From a virus (taxonomy: Duplodnaviria > Caudoviricetes), in IMG/VR virus record IMGVR_UViG_3300048839_001022, positions 1 to 36,593 of that record: a stretch of 36,593 nucleotides of DNA; one strand, 5' to 3'. This document shows, piece by piece, positions 15,439-23,956 of this stretch; position 1 is the stretch's first letter; every line of letters begins with the position of its first letter. The notes beneath the pieces are model-generated. The model was given only the letters and a program-made list of their open reading frames with translations, did no database searches and was not told where the DNA came from. A program made the translations under genes and the position numbers.

Positions 15439-16893
15439 ATGCGCTTTATTTTGCTGTCTTTACTACTTTTATCATCAACATTATTCGGTAACACCCTATA
15501 CGATGGAGAGTCCAAACTTTTCGGGGGATCTGTTAAATGGGATAACAACGGATCGATCCTGACTCAATCTCAGGAGATCCCCTTCTCCCCTCCAAATCAT
15601 CTCAGGGTGTCTTTAGTAAATGTAAACTACTGGGGAGCGGCAGGATATGTCATTGAAAAATGGAAGCCGATCAACTTCATTACCTACCACACTCTTAACC
15701 TTGTCATGAGAGCCGACAATAATGTGACGGTTGGCGTCCAGCTATTTGATGCTGGGAACAAAAGTAGCCCTGCTGTTAAAGTCGATCTGTCTTTCAGTCA
15801 CCAGCTTATCAGCATCCCAATTTCGATGTTTAGCGATATTGATTTGACAAAAGTCACTGCAATTATCTTTTCTGTCTCGACACAAAAAGCTGAAAAGAAA
15901 TATTTAGTTGATATCGATAACATTACAATTGAGCGTGAGATCCTGCCCCCGGATGATGAGGATGATATCGATCCCCCGAACCAAGGTGTCATGAACACCA
16001 AAGGCCGCTCCCTGTATGACTCATGCAACAAGAAGGTTGTCCTGCGTGGTGTCAATCATATGACGTGTTACACGGATTGGGTAGGGACACCGAGGGACGG
16101 TGAGCCGATGTTCACTGAGATTGCTAAGACAGGGGCAAACTCGGTCAGGATCGTCTGGACTTACTCAGAGAATACCACCCCTGCGGAGCTAGATAGGGCG
16201 ATCACCAATGCCGCTAAAAACCAGCTTATCCCTATGGTTGAGATATTGGATCAAACATGCGAATGGTCGAGAGCTGCTTTCGACAAGGTTTTGTCGTGGT
16301 GGTTACAGCCTGACATAGTGAAGGTGATGAAAAAGCATGAGAAGTATGTACTTCTAAACTTTGCTAATGAAATGGGAAATGGCGATACGACTCTTGAAAA
16401 TTACAAATCAGAGTACAAGCGAGTCATTGAAAAGATGAGGGGAGCAGGGTTAAGAAGCACTATCGTTATCGATGCCCCTGGCTGTGGACAGAATGAAACA
16501 ATCATGCTTGATGCTGCAAACTATTTAATCGAGTCTGATCCTCTTAAAAATGTAATGATGAGTTTGCACCTGTGGTGGGTTCCCCAAGACAAGGACCGTA
16601 TTACAAACCTGATGACTCGTGCACACAAATTAAACATCCCTTTAGTGATCGGTGAATTTGCCGGTGTTGCTGTTGATTGTAAGACGCCTACTTTTTACTC
16701 ACATCTTTTAAAAATTGCTCAAGATACTGAAACCGGCTGGATGCCATGGAGTTGGGATAAATCAAATGGGTGTCAAGCGCATAGCATGACTAAAGACGAT
16801 ACCTATTCGGGTCTGTTCGGATACGGCAAAGATGTTGCAATTGATGACCCCAATTCAATCAAAAATACCAGCGTCCAATCCACATGTTTTTAG
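15439..16893 (+). CDS. secreted GH5 glycoside hydrolase (beta-mannanase-like) with N-terminal CBM-like domain
   Basis: Signal peptide; acidic/Pro linker; LRGVNH, KTGANSVRIV, NFANE (acid/base Glu), VIGEF (nucleophile Glu), GWMPWSW. Confidence 0.88.
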   Translation: MRFILLSLLLLSSTLFGNTLYDGESKLFGGSVKWDNNGSILTQSQEIPFSPPNHLRVSLVNVNYWGAAGYVIEKWKPINFITYHTLNLVMRADNNVTVGVQLFDAGNKSSPAVKVDLSFSHQLISIPISMFSDIDLTKVTAIIFSVSTQKAEKKYLVDIDNITIEREILPPDDEDDIDPPNQGVMNTKGRSLYDSCNKKVVLRGVNHMTCYTDWVGTPRDGEPMFTEIAKTGANSVRIVWTYSENTTPAELDRAITNAAKNQLIPMVEILDQTCEWSRAAFDKVLSWWLQPDIVKVMKKHEKYVLLNFANEMGNGDTTLENYKSEYKRVIEKMRGAGLRSTIVIDAPGCGQNETIMLDAANYLIESDPLKNVMMSLHLWWVPQDKDRITNLMTRAHKLNIPLVIGEFAGVAVDCKTPTFYSHLLKIAQDTETGWMPWSWDKSNGCQAHSMTKDDTYSGLFGYGKDVAIDDPNSIKNTSVQSTCF

Positions 16894-17199
16894 GTATTCG
16901 ACCGCAAGTCTTTGCTCTAAAAGCGTCTCAGCAAAATTTTTGTTATTGATCCAAAGATCACATAAGCAGCGTCCAAAAGAGTCATAATGATAAAAATCAA
17001 TTATGACTTTTTTATCAAGCAGCTTTTTGATTGCGTAGTTTTTGGCGTCAATTCCATCTTGATTCTTATGATCCATCTCAGGACAGTTGATGCCAAAGAG
17101 CCTGATTCTAATTTTTATCGTCAAATTAAAATCGAGGTCCACGATGCAATCATAGGTATCGCCGTCAATAACATTTGTTATCGTGCCGTTATGGAGCAT
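16855..17199 (-). CDS. thermonuclease (SNase-like) protein
   Basis: VIDGDT, IRLFGINCPE, DSFGRCL; likely start ATG 17199. Confidence 0.88.
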   Translation of the reverse strand: MLHNGTITNVIDGDTYDCIVDLDFNLTIKIRIRLFGINCPEMDHKNQDGIDAKNYAIKKLLDKKVIIDFYHYDSFGRCLCDLWINNKNFAETLLEQRLAVEYLKTCGLDAGIFD

Positions 17200-17950
17200 A
17201 CCAGCACCGAGGTCTTGCACATGTTGCTTTTGCATTTTTTGGGATCACTTTATCATTCCACTCTTTATCACATACCGCACCTGCGAGGTAGGTATCAAGG
17301 CGACACTGGGCCGCTGGATGCTCCTGCTTTGTTTTTCTAACCACGGTTGGATCAAAAGTATCATATGAGGGCATGGGCTCATTATTTAATGTTGCAAGTA
17401 GTGTTGCGAGTGATAGTCCCGCTTTTAATGACCTCGCGCATGTTTTTTGCTCATCTTCTGTTTTCAATACTTCGCAAAAGTAAGGTATCTCGGTTTCATC
17501 TGCTGAGTATTTTGAAAGCACTTTTCTTGCGCATACATGAGTAGCGTAATAATCAGATTGACCTTCGTAAGAGGCCCACCCTGCATTAGGAAAGCCCCCG
17601 AGGTGATGACCAATCTCATGACAGATCACCATGCGAAACCCATCTAGTGTGACTTCAGGCCGTCTTGCAAGTCCACCGAACATGTTGACATGATATTCCG
17701 ATCCTGACCTGCTTGCATAAGCGTTGACTGTTGAATCATCCCAATTTCCTGAGAGGACAAACCAGCCGCCAAAACCTCTAATGATCGGTGAGTAAAGTTG
17801 TCTCATTTCATCGATGACAGCGTAAAATTCTGCCTCGGTGATATTCGACATAAATTTATTGTCCTGTTTCCACAAGTCGTTTTCCGGGAGTGACGCAAAT
17901 GAATGAGATGAGATTAGCAATGCAATGATTGCAAAAAGAATCTTTTTCAT
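17189..17950 (-). CDS. secreted zinc metalloprotease (HExxH, M48-like)
   Basis: Signal peptide; TVNAYA, MFGGLAR, CHEIGHH, EGQSDY, HPAAQCRLD. Confidence 0.85.
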   Translation of the reverse strand: MKKILFAIIALLISSHSFASLPENDLWKQDNKFMSNITEAEFYAVIDEMRQLYSPIIRGFGGWFVLSGNWDDSTVNAYASRSGSEYHVNMFGGLARRPEVTLDGFRMVICHEIGHHLGGFPNAGWASYEGQSDYYATHVCARKVLSKYSADETEIPYFCEVLKTEDEQKTCARSLKAGLSLATLLATLNNEPMPSYDTFDPTVVRKTKQEHPAAQCRLDTYLAGAVCDKEWNDKVIPKNAKATCARPRCWYAP

Positions 17951-17956
17951 AAAAAC

Positions 17957-17992
17957 CCCGCTATAAGTTGTTATTCACAAATTATAGCAGGG
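17957..17992 (-). promoter_or_regulatory. extended -10 promoter within an anti-SD hairpin of the metalloprotease gene
   Basis: TGCTATAAT lies in the 5' arm; GCTATAA/TTATAGC and CCC/GGG stems cover SD GCGGGG. Confidence 0.55.
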
Positions 17993-18010
17993 CGCATGGA
18001 GGATTACCTA

Positions 18011-19198
18011 TTATTTTTTATCGGCAGCCAAGACTTTTTCTTTCACGCCTCTGATATTCTTAGAGACGTTGACTGTCGTAGAAGCTTTTGCTGTACCGCA
18101 CTTGTTTGTTGCATACAGCGTAAGGGTTTTAGTAATTGCTGGCCTAAAGTCAATCATCGATACTTCGGGTTTGCCGCCATTGTCGAATGGTGGGCTTGCT
18201 GTCCAGTAGTAAGATGTGTCTTTTCTTGGCTGCATACCAATTCTTACTGTCTGTCCCGATCTAATCCAGATTGAAGGTCCGAAGCCAGTTGATGCAACTG
18301 GCTTTGGTTTGCAATCCGGATCTGGCTTAGGATCAGGGTTTGGATTGGGATCTGGATCAGGAGTTGGAGTATCGTCGAAAACGACGTAGTTCGCCCACTC
18401 TCCTACTCCGTTAGCATTCCACCTGATTTTCATGTACCCCGACTCTCCCCAGCTTCCCCACGAGTTCTTCAATATCCAGTATTGCCCTGCATCAGACCAG
18501 CCCACAAGGTTCACAGCGTGATTGAGTTGGCGTGATCCTGAGTCTTGGAATACTCCTCCCGTATATCTTGAAAAAGCATCGTCGGCAGCCACTCCCACAC
18601 TTACAATTCCGTAGCGATATATAGCGGCTTTTATCTCATCAATTGATGGTTTTTCACCGCCCGGTGTGTACGACCATTGTTTAATTCTGAGTTGATGATT
18701 GAGTCCTGACTTGCATGGTTCATCACTTGCACTATACGGCCATGCGGATCCTGCAACACCCCCAAAAGGACTCATGTGGCGGTTGTAGTCGAAAAATCCA
18801 CCGTTGCACGTCCACTCCCCCGGTTTTGTACACGAAAGGATATGCTGTTCGCTGGTATCATACTCTTTCCCGGTTTGATATTTGAATGCGTCCTGCACAG
18901 TGGCGGACATGGAAAATGCCCAGCAACTTCCGCAACTTAACTGGTTCTCAGGTGCTTTATATCCACCTGCTTTTACCCGAGCATCAAACTCAGCAGGGAG
19001 ATCACCACGAAGTCCATCTCTTGCAGATTTTACGTTGGTCGGATTGAAGTCTTTTGGAACAACAAGACCTGTTGAATAAATTTGCCCGTTCGCACCCAAG
19101 AATGATACGGGCTGTTCTTTTTTCTCATTTGTTGTTGAGCACGATAAACTCATGACAAGCGGCAAAAATGCTAAAAATAGTTTTCTGTACCAATTCAT
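18011..19198 (-). CDS. papain-like C1A cysteine protease, probable lipoprotein, with Pro-Asp linker and C-terminal Ig-like domain
   Basis: Lipobox-like MSLSC; QLSCGSCWAF, SEQHILSC, NHAVNLVGW, WILKNSWG. Confidence 0.92.
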   Translation of the reverse strand: MNWYRKLFLAFLPLVMSLSCSTTNEKKEQPVSFLGANGQIYSTGLVVPKDFNPTNVKSARDGLRGDLPAEFDARVKAGGYKAPENQLSCGSCWAFSMSATVQDAFKYQTGKEYDTSEQHILSCTKPGEWTCNGGFFDYNRHMSPFGGVAGSAWPYSASDEPCKSGLNHQLRIKQWSYTPGGEKPSIDEIKAAIYRYGIVSVGVAADDAFSRYTGGVFQDSGSRQLNHAVNLVGWSDAGQYWILKNSWGSWGESGYMKIRWNANGVGEWANYVVFDDTPTPDPDPNPNPDPKPDPDCKPKPVASTGFGPSIWIRSGQTVRIGMQPRKDTSYYWTASPPFDNGGKPEVSMIDFRPAITKTLTLYATNKCGTAKASTTVNVSKNIRGVKEKVLAADKK

Positions 19199-19204
19199 AA
19201 AATC

Positions 19205-19240
19205 CCCTTTTCGTTAAATTTAACTAAGGGCATTGTATCA
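19205..19240 (-). promoter_or_regulatory. extended -10 promoter plus anti-SD hairpin of the papain-like gene
   Basis: TGATACAAT then CCCTT-A-GTTA-AATT-TAAC-GAA-AAGGG. Confidence 0.45.
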
Positions 19241-19669
19241 TCTAAGAGCTGACAGCTCATTCAAATTGAAGTTGGGACATGTTTTTTTTCGGTCAAAATG
19301 GTTATGAGGATAAACATTTTCTTTAGTGATCCTAAAGCGATCCATCAGGCTTTTGATTAAATCATTTGCAGCTGCGAATTGAATTTTTGTAAATTCATGC
19401 CTTCCCGATAAACATATTCCGATTGATTTGAGGTTTTGCCCGATGCAATGAGCACCGATCCTATAAAGAGGCCTCCCGATTTCTATTTGCCCTGTTTTTC
19501 GGATGAAGTAATGATAGCCGACATCTGAGAATTTCCGCTCATGGTGCCATTGCCTGATTGTGTCGATGTTGTCATGTTGTGGGAGATCGCTATCAGAACA
19601 GTGAAGAATCAGCTTATCAATTATTTTGAGATCTCTCATTGTCTCTGATGTTTTACAATCAAACGCCAT
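19238..19669 (-). CDS. N-acetylmuramoyl-L-alanine amidase endolysin (T7 lysozyme-like)
   Basis: LILHCS, DVGYHY, GAHC.GQN..SIGICL, HNHF...KTCP zinc ligands. Confidence 0.92.
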   Translation of the reverse strand: MAFDCKTSETMRDLKIIDKLILHCSDSDLPQHDNIDTIRQWHHERKFSDVGYHYFIRKTGQIEIGRPLYRIGAHCIGQNLKSIGICLSGRHEFTKIQFAAANDLIKSLMDRFRITKENVYPHNHFDRKKTCPNFNLNELSALR

Positions 19670-19673
19670 AATA

Positions 19674-20156
19674 CTATCCTTTTATGAATGTCCACTCTCG
19701 ATAGACTTTTGACGTGAGCTGTAACAATCCCCAAGAGGCTATGTGGTATGCATCAATCAGCCCGTCTTTGCTTTTACAAATTTTTGAAGTGGGATTAGCT
19801 TTTTTGAATGCAAGCCAAGAGCGCACTTTTGGATTATCGCCCTCGCATCCCCTGTGTGCCAGCTTTTGCCAATTTTTAGGTTCAACCTCATGGTAGTTTC
19901 GATTGTAGAGCCATGCTCGAATTAACCCACTGTTCGCCCCAAACTTGAAACACACAGAGCTTCCCCAGACTGAGCGGCCACGAACTTTTTCGATCCAAAC
20001 CGGAACTTTTAGGTCAGAGAAGATCCTGTTCAATTTGTCGTAGTCGATCAATTTGTCATGCCTGTATGGAATGGCACAGTAAATGGCCTGCATGGTGTCA
20101 GTGTCGAGTTGCACGACATAGCCTGTGCTGCCGGGATCTATGCCTATAATCCTAAT
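19674..20156 (-). CDS. ruvC: RuvC-like Holliday junction resolvase, probable ATT start
   Basis: IIGIDPG lies upstream of the GTG start called by the ORF track; VWIEKV, FKFG..SG, VEPKNWQK, DGLIDA. Confidence 0.78.
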   Translation of the reverse strand: MRIIGIDPGSTGYVVQLDTDTMQAIYCAIPYRHDKLIDYDKLNRIFSDLKVPVWIEKVRGRSVWGSSVCFKFGANSGLIRAWLYNRNYHEVEPKNWQKLAHRGCEGDNPKVRSWLAFKKANPTSKICKSKDGLIDAYHIASWGLLQLTSKVYREWTFIKG

Positions 20157-20157
20157 A

Positions 20158-20763
20158 TTATTCTCCTTTTTTAATGAGTAATTCTATTGTTTTTTCAGGA
20201 GATCCCGTAGTTTTTCTTATGAATTTATATTTTGACCTTTTGATTCCAAGTTTTTCGCATATTTGATTTATAGTTAAATACTCGTCAAAAAAATCATATT
20301 TTTTTGCATGAAGTTTTTTATGCTCGGATGCATTAGTTAAAAGTAAATTTTCTATTCTGTTATCATCTTTTATACCATTGATGTGATGAACATGCTCATT
20401 TAATTTTAATTTTCTTCCTATATGTTTTTCCATCACATAACGATGTTCTGATAAATGTCTTTTTTTGCATTTTTCATGACCTTTTACCCATATTTCGCTA
20501 TACCCACGATGACTAACCTTATATTTTTTTTTGCTATAACCTCCATTTTTTTGACTATGGATTGCAAAACACGGTCTGGAGCAATATTTAGCTCCTCCTT
20601 TTCTTTGTTCACATTTAAAAGATTTAAATTCTTTGCCACAATTCAGGCAATTTTTAGTTTCTGATCGACAATTTTTTTGGTTATGAAAACAATTAAGAGA
20701 ACAATATTTGGATTCAATTCTCCCAAAATATTCGATACCGCAGTAGGAACAAATTTTTTTCAT
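20158..20763 (-). CDS. HNH homing endonuclease with N-terminal Zn-ribbon repeats
   Basis: CxxCG...KYCS x2; EHRYVME...HVHHINGIKDDNRIENL; ATG 20763 after SD AGGAG. Confidence 0.88.
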   Translation of the reverse strand: MKKICSYCGIEYFGRIESKYCSLNCFHNQKNCRSETKNCLNCGKEFKSFKCEQRKGGAKYCSRPCFAIHSQKNGGYSKKKYKVSHRGYSEIWVKGHEKCKKRHLSEHRYVMEKHIGRKLKLNEHVHHINGIKDDNRIENLLLTNASEHKKLHAKKYDFFDEYLTINQICEKLGIKRSKYKFIRKTTGSPEKTIELLIKKGE

Positions 20764-20817
20764 AAAACTCCTGGCTGTTGCTAATTTCATTTTGGGAGTT
20801 TTTGCGAAGATTACAAT

Positions 20818-20845
20818 AAAAAAAGGCCGCATGATGACTGCGACC
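20818..20845 (-). terminator. intrinsic terminator
   Basis: GGTCGCA-GTCATCA-TGCGGCC followed by T7. Confidence 0.65.
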
Positions 20846-20883
20846 TTCTCTAACAACGAAACGACTATATCCTGTCAACACTG

Positions 20884-20906
20884 AAAAAAAAGGCTCTTAC
20901 GAGCCT
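20884..20906 (-). terminator. intrinsic terminator
   Basis: GGCTC-GTAA-GAGCC followed by T8. Confidence 0.7.
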
Positions 20907-21053
20907 GATTGCGGGAGCGAGTACCCCTTTGAAGATATCATCCCCGCTGGACCTTTATGTCATATTTAAATTTGAGAAACAAGAGGTTTATTTAGTGCTT
21001 GCCAAGATGGGTATAAACCATTAATAAAAATAACACTGTTTAGGGAAATGAAT

Positions 21054-21080
21054 AAAAAAAAAGGCCGAATTACTTCAGCC
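21054..21080 (-). terminator. intrinsic terminator antisense to the rep leader
   Basis: GGCTGAA-GTAA-TTCGGCC followed by T9. Confidence 0.7.
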
Positions 21081-21241
21081 AATTTTCGTTTCGTTTTAAG
21101 CAAAGCTCGAACTTCTTTGCTTGATGTTGAAGAAACTGTCCTAAACTAACACAACCCAGAAAGACAAAGCCTCCTGCAACAAAAGGAGATATATTATTTT
21201 CTCCCAAATGCTGCAAGGGTTTTTCGAAGAAAGAAAAACCG

Positions 21242-22216
21242 ATGTTAAAAAATGATTTGAAATACTCACAAAAAAAATCCTTAAAATCAAAAATATTCTT
21301 TGCCTCAAGTGGCGGTATTGCTTTAAACGCTGTTTATGCCATGGATGACTTAAATGTTTATGAAACAACTGTGTTGATTTTCATCGGTGCTAATACCGAT
21401 TTCCGAGAGCAAGAAATCATTTACCCTAGCATCCGTAAAAAAGACATACAAAATGCCACAAAAATTAGCAGGGCGACTTTGACAAGGGTTCTTTGTCAGC
21501 TTGTTTCGAAAAGTTATCTTTACATTCAAAACAACAGCGATGAAAACGGTTACGATGTCGAAAGTACATATTTTCTTACTGATTACCTGTTTTCTGAGTA
21601 TGCCAAAAAATGGTATGCCATGTTTGGGGAGGCTCACAGAGAGCCCCCGGGAGGCTCACAGGGAGCCTGTTATTATACTAGCGTAGCGATTCCTTCCGAA
21701 GTTGCTCCCCCGTTTTCAGAAGAAAAAGAAAAAGAAAAAAATACCGCCTTTAATAAACCGTGTGGTAGTCGAGCCGAAGGCGAAGGGCTAAGCCCACGTC
21801 AAATTGATGCTGTACCCCCCGATTCGCCTAAGGCGAATACGGCACACGATGAATTGGAGGATATTTTCCCACCTTATGATATTCGACCAAAAACACAATT
21901 TGGAAAGCGCATTGAAAAGGCTAAGCATGATAACCCCGACTTAAAGTTTTTGAAGGTGACTGAATCTCACCGAAAAATGGTCATGATGTTCAAACCTGAT
22001 CCAAGGCTAAAAAGCTTTGTGCGAGACAATGAAATTTATTTTATGACTGATCAAGTTTTGGAAATGTATGGTCATCAAGGACATGCCATTATAGAAAAAC
22101 TGTTTATATATTTTAAAGAAAACTCCAAGTGCGGACAAATGGCTTGGAATGTCAATACTGTTTGGGATTTAATCCGAGCATCAAAAACAACGATCGAAAA
22201 AGGAAATTCAAAATGA
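21242..22216 (+). CDS. replication initiator (N-terminal winged HTH, lambda O-like layout)
   Basis: DIQNATKISRATLTRVLCQLVSKSYL helix-turn-helix followed by a low-complexity linker carrying iteron repeats. Confidence 0.65.
   Translation: MLKNDLKYSQKKSLKSKIFFASSGGIALNAVYAMDDLNVYETTVLIFIGANTDFREQEIIYPSIRKKDIQNATKISRATLTRVLCQLVSKSYLYIQNNSDENGYDVESTYFLTDYLFSEYAKKWYAMFGEAHREPPGGSQGACYYTSVAIPSEVAPPFSEEKEKEKNTAFNKPCGSRAEGEGLSPRQIDAVPPDSPKANTAHDELEDIFPPYDIRPKTQFGKRIEKAKHDNPDLKFLKVTESHRKMVMMFKPDPRLKSFVRDNEIYFMTDQVLEMYGHQGHAIIEKLFIYFKENSKCGQMAWNVNTVWDLIRASKTTIEKGNSK
21627..21667 (+). repeat. two 19-bp iterons (22-bp period), probable replication origin
   Basis: GGGAGGCTCACAGAGAGCC and GGGAGGCTCACAGGGAGCC, each with a GGCTC-N5-GAGCC dyad; A-rich tract at about 21718-21742. 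Confidence 0.65.
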
Positions 22217-22860
22217 GTGATGAAATCAGCAACGCTTTTAAAAGAAATTCAACACTGGGCAATGACTTCACTGAAATTGATGAGGATAGAACTGAAGCGT
22301 TTATCCTCACCAAATCAATTTACCATCCTAGGCTGACTGATAAGAATGGGAAACCTCGTTATTATCTTTCAAATGAAGAGATCCATTTCATCAGCAAAAG
22401 GGCACTAGCAAAGTATGGTTTGGATACAATCCGCAAATTTTATGAAAAAATGAAAGAAGACGATCTTCTTGGAAAAAGGGATGAATTTGACCTAGATGCC
22501 ATGACAAATGACATAGATATATTTTTGGGGAAAAAACCAAAAGAAAAGCCTGTCAAAAAAACAGAGATTGCAAAAATATCAGATGCGGAACAATCAAATC
22601 GCTATATGCATCTTATTTATGCACCAAATAAAGTTAATGTCGATGTTTTAAAAGAAGAGCCAATAGAAGCGATAACTGTCCTCACCAACAGCATGGCCGT
22701 GAAATTCGGACATAAAGCAATAGAGATTTTAATAGATTATTGTACGATAAATAATCTCATACCCAAAAAAGGAGCTTGGTCATACCTGTCTGTTCAAGAG
22801 GACATAAAAATGGCTATTAAATGGTCAATAGAAAATTCTCATGAGTACCCACGTGCTTAA
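22213..22860 (+). CDS. hypothetical replication-associated protein with two internal helical repeats
   Basis: ATGA-coupled to the initiator; repeats resemble the initiator C-terminus. Confidence 0.65.
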   Translation: MSDEISNAFKRNSTLGNDFTEIDEDRTEAFILTKSIYHPRLTDKNGKPRYYLSNEEIHFISKRALAKYGLDTIRKFYEKMKEDDLLGKRDEFDLDAMTNDIDIFLGKKPKEKPVKKTEIAKISDAEQSNRYMHLIYAPNKVNVDVLKEEPIEAITVLTNSMAVKFGHKAIEILIDYCTINNLIPKKGAWSYLSVQEDIKMAIKWSIENSHEYPRA

Positions 22861-22875
22861 AAAAAGGATCCAAAA

Positions 22876-23895
22876 ATGAAAATAGGATTGGGCCTCATTG
22901 TCAAGAATGAGGAAATAGACATTGTGACATGCTTAAACTCTTTTTTGCCATTAGTCGACTGTGTGTGTCTTGTTGATACTGGATCAACAGACCGAACGTT
23001 GGAGATCGCTTATAAGATCATTGGAGCATCTGGAAAACCGAACAGGGTTATCACTTTTATCGATGCGAACGATTCTGAAGGAAGGCTGTGCGATTTTTCA
23101 GCAGCCCGGAATGTCTACATCCGAGAACTCGAGTCTTTAGACATGGACTACATTCTTTCAATCGATGCTGATGATACCTTCATAGGTCCCGCAGATCTTC
23201 GGTCCTACCTGTTAGACCACTCTGACATTGACGTTCATGGCCTTAAGTATTTTTTAAATGATGAGGTTTCGATCAATACCTATCGCCTTTGGAAAACCGG
23301 GTTTGGGATCAGATACGAGGGCAGGGTGCACGAGTGCATTACAATCCCTTGGGATCGGGCAAAAGTGAGCGAAGGCGCTATAACGATCAAACACAATCCA
23401 ACCTCCCATGAGGGCCAAGAGCACTCTGGACAGCGCAACATGCGCATACTCCGAAAAGAGATCTACCCTTCTTTCAGGGCAATGTTTTACTGGGCCAATG
23501 AGAACGTGGATGCTGGGAATTATGAGGAGGCTGTCAAATGGTATCTCGAATATATCAGGCGGTCAAAAGCAGGTGAAAAGCCTTGGATGATTGAGCTTGC
23601 CCATTGTTACTTCAGGGGAGCCCGTTGGTTGCACCACTTGAAGCGAACCAATGAGGCCGAGCGACTCTGTCTTGAGCTCCTCTCTTGGGACTCCAGCTGG
23701 TCAGAGGCTTGGTGCGAATTGGCTTATATCAATCGACTTCGAGGCGACTTTGAGAAGATGAAATTTTTCGCAAAAAAGGCGCTGGATAACAAATATGTCC
23801 CGAGGCTTTTCAGTGAGCCTGATAAATACACCACGACTCCAGCAAACATGCTCATGATTGCAGCGATTCATGAAAAAATTGGTAAAAAAGAGTAG
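22876..23895 (+). CDS. GT2 glycosyltransferase with C-terminal TPR repeats (protein glycosyltransferase-like)
   Basis: IVKNEE, VDTGSTDRT, DFSAARN, SIDADD, YEGRVHE, RN..IL, YEEAVKWY TPR. Confidence 0.88.
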   Translation: MKIGLGLIVKNEEIDIVTCLNSFLPLVDCVCLVDTGSTDRTLEIAYKIIGASGKPNRVITFIDANDSEGRLCDFSAARNVYIRELESLDMDYILSIDADDTFIGPADLRSYLLDHSDIDVHGLKYFLNDEVSINTYRLWKTGFGIRYEGRVHECITIPWDRAKVSEGAITIKHNPTSHEGQEHSGQRNMRILRKEIYPSFRAMFYWANENVDAGNYEEAVKWYLEYIRRSKAGEKPWMIELAHCYFRGARWLHHLKRTNEAERLCLELLSWDSSWSEAWCELAYINRLRGDFEKMKFFAKKALDNKYVPRLFSEPDKYTTTPANMLMIAAIHEKIGKKE

Positions 23896-23910
23896 ACAAT
23901 TGTTTCGTTA

Positions 23911-23938
23911 TATTGTAATTAAATATTGCAATTAAATA
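23911..23938 (+). repeat. 13-bp tandem repeat TATTG(T/C)AATTAAA upstream of the recombinase
   Basis: Seen directly; intergenic. Confidence 0.6.
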
Positions 23939-23956
23939 ACGACGAAAGGACATGAA

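Noticed and set aside
20892-20905. GGCTC/GAGCC dyad as a third iteron
   Set aside because: Spacer is 4 nt rather than 5 and it has a GNRA loop plus T tract, so it is better explained as a terminator
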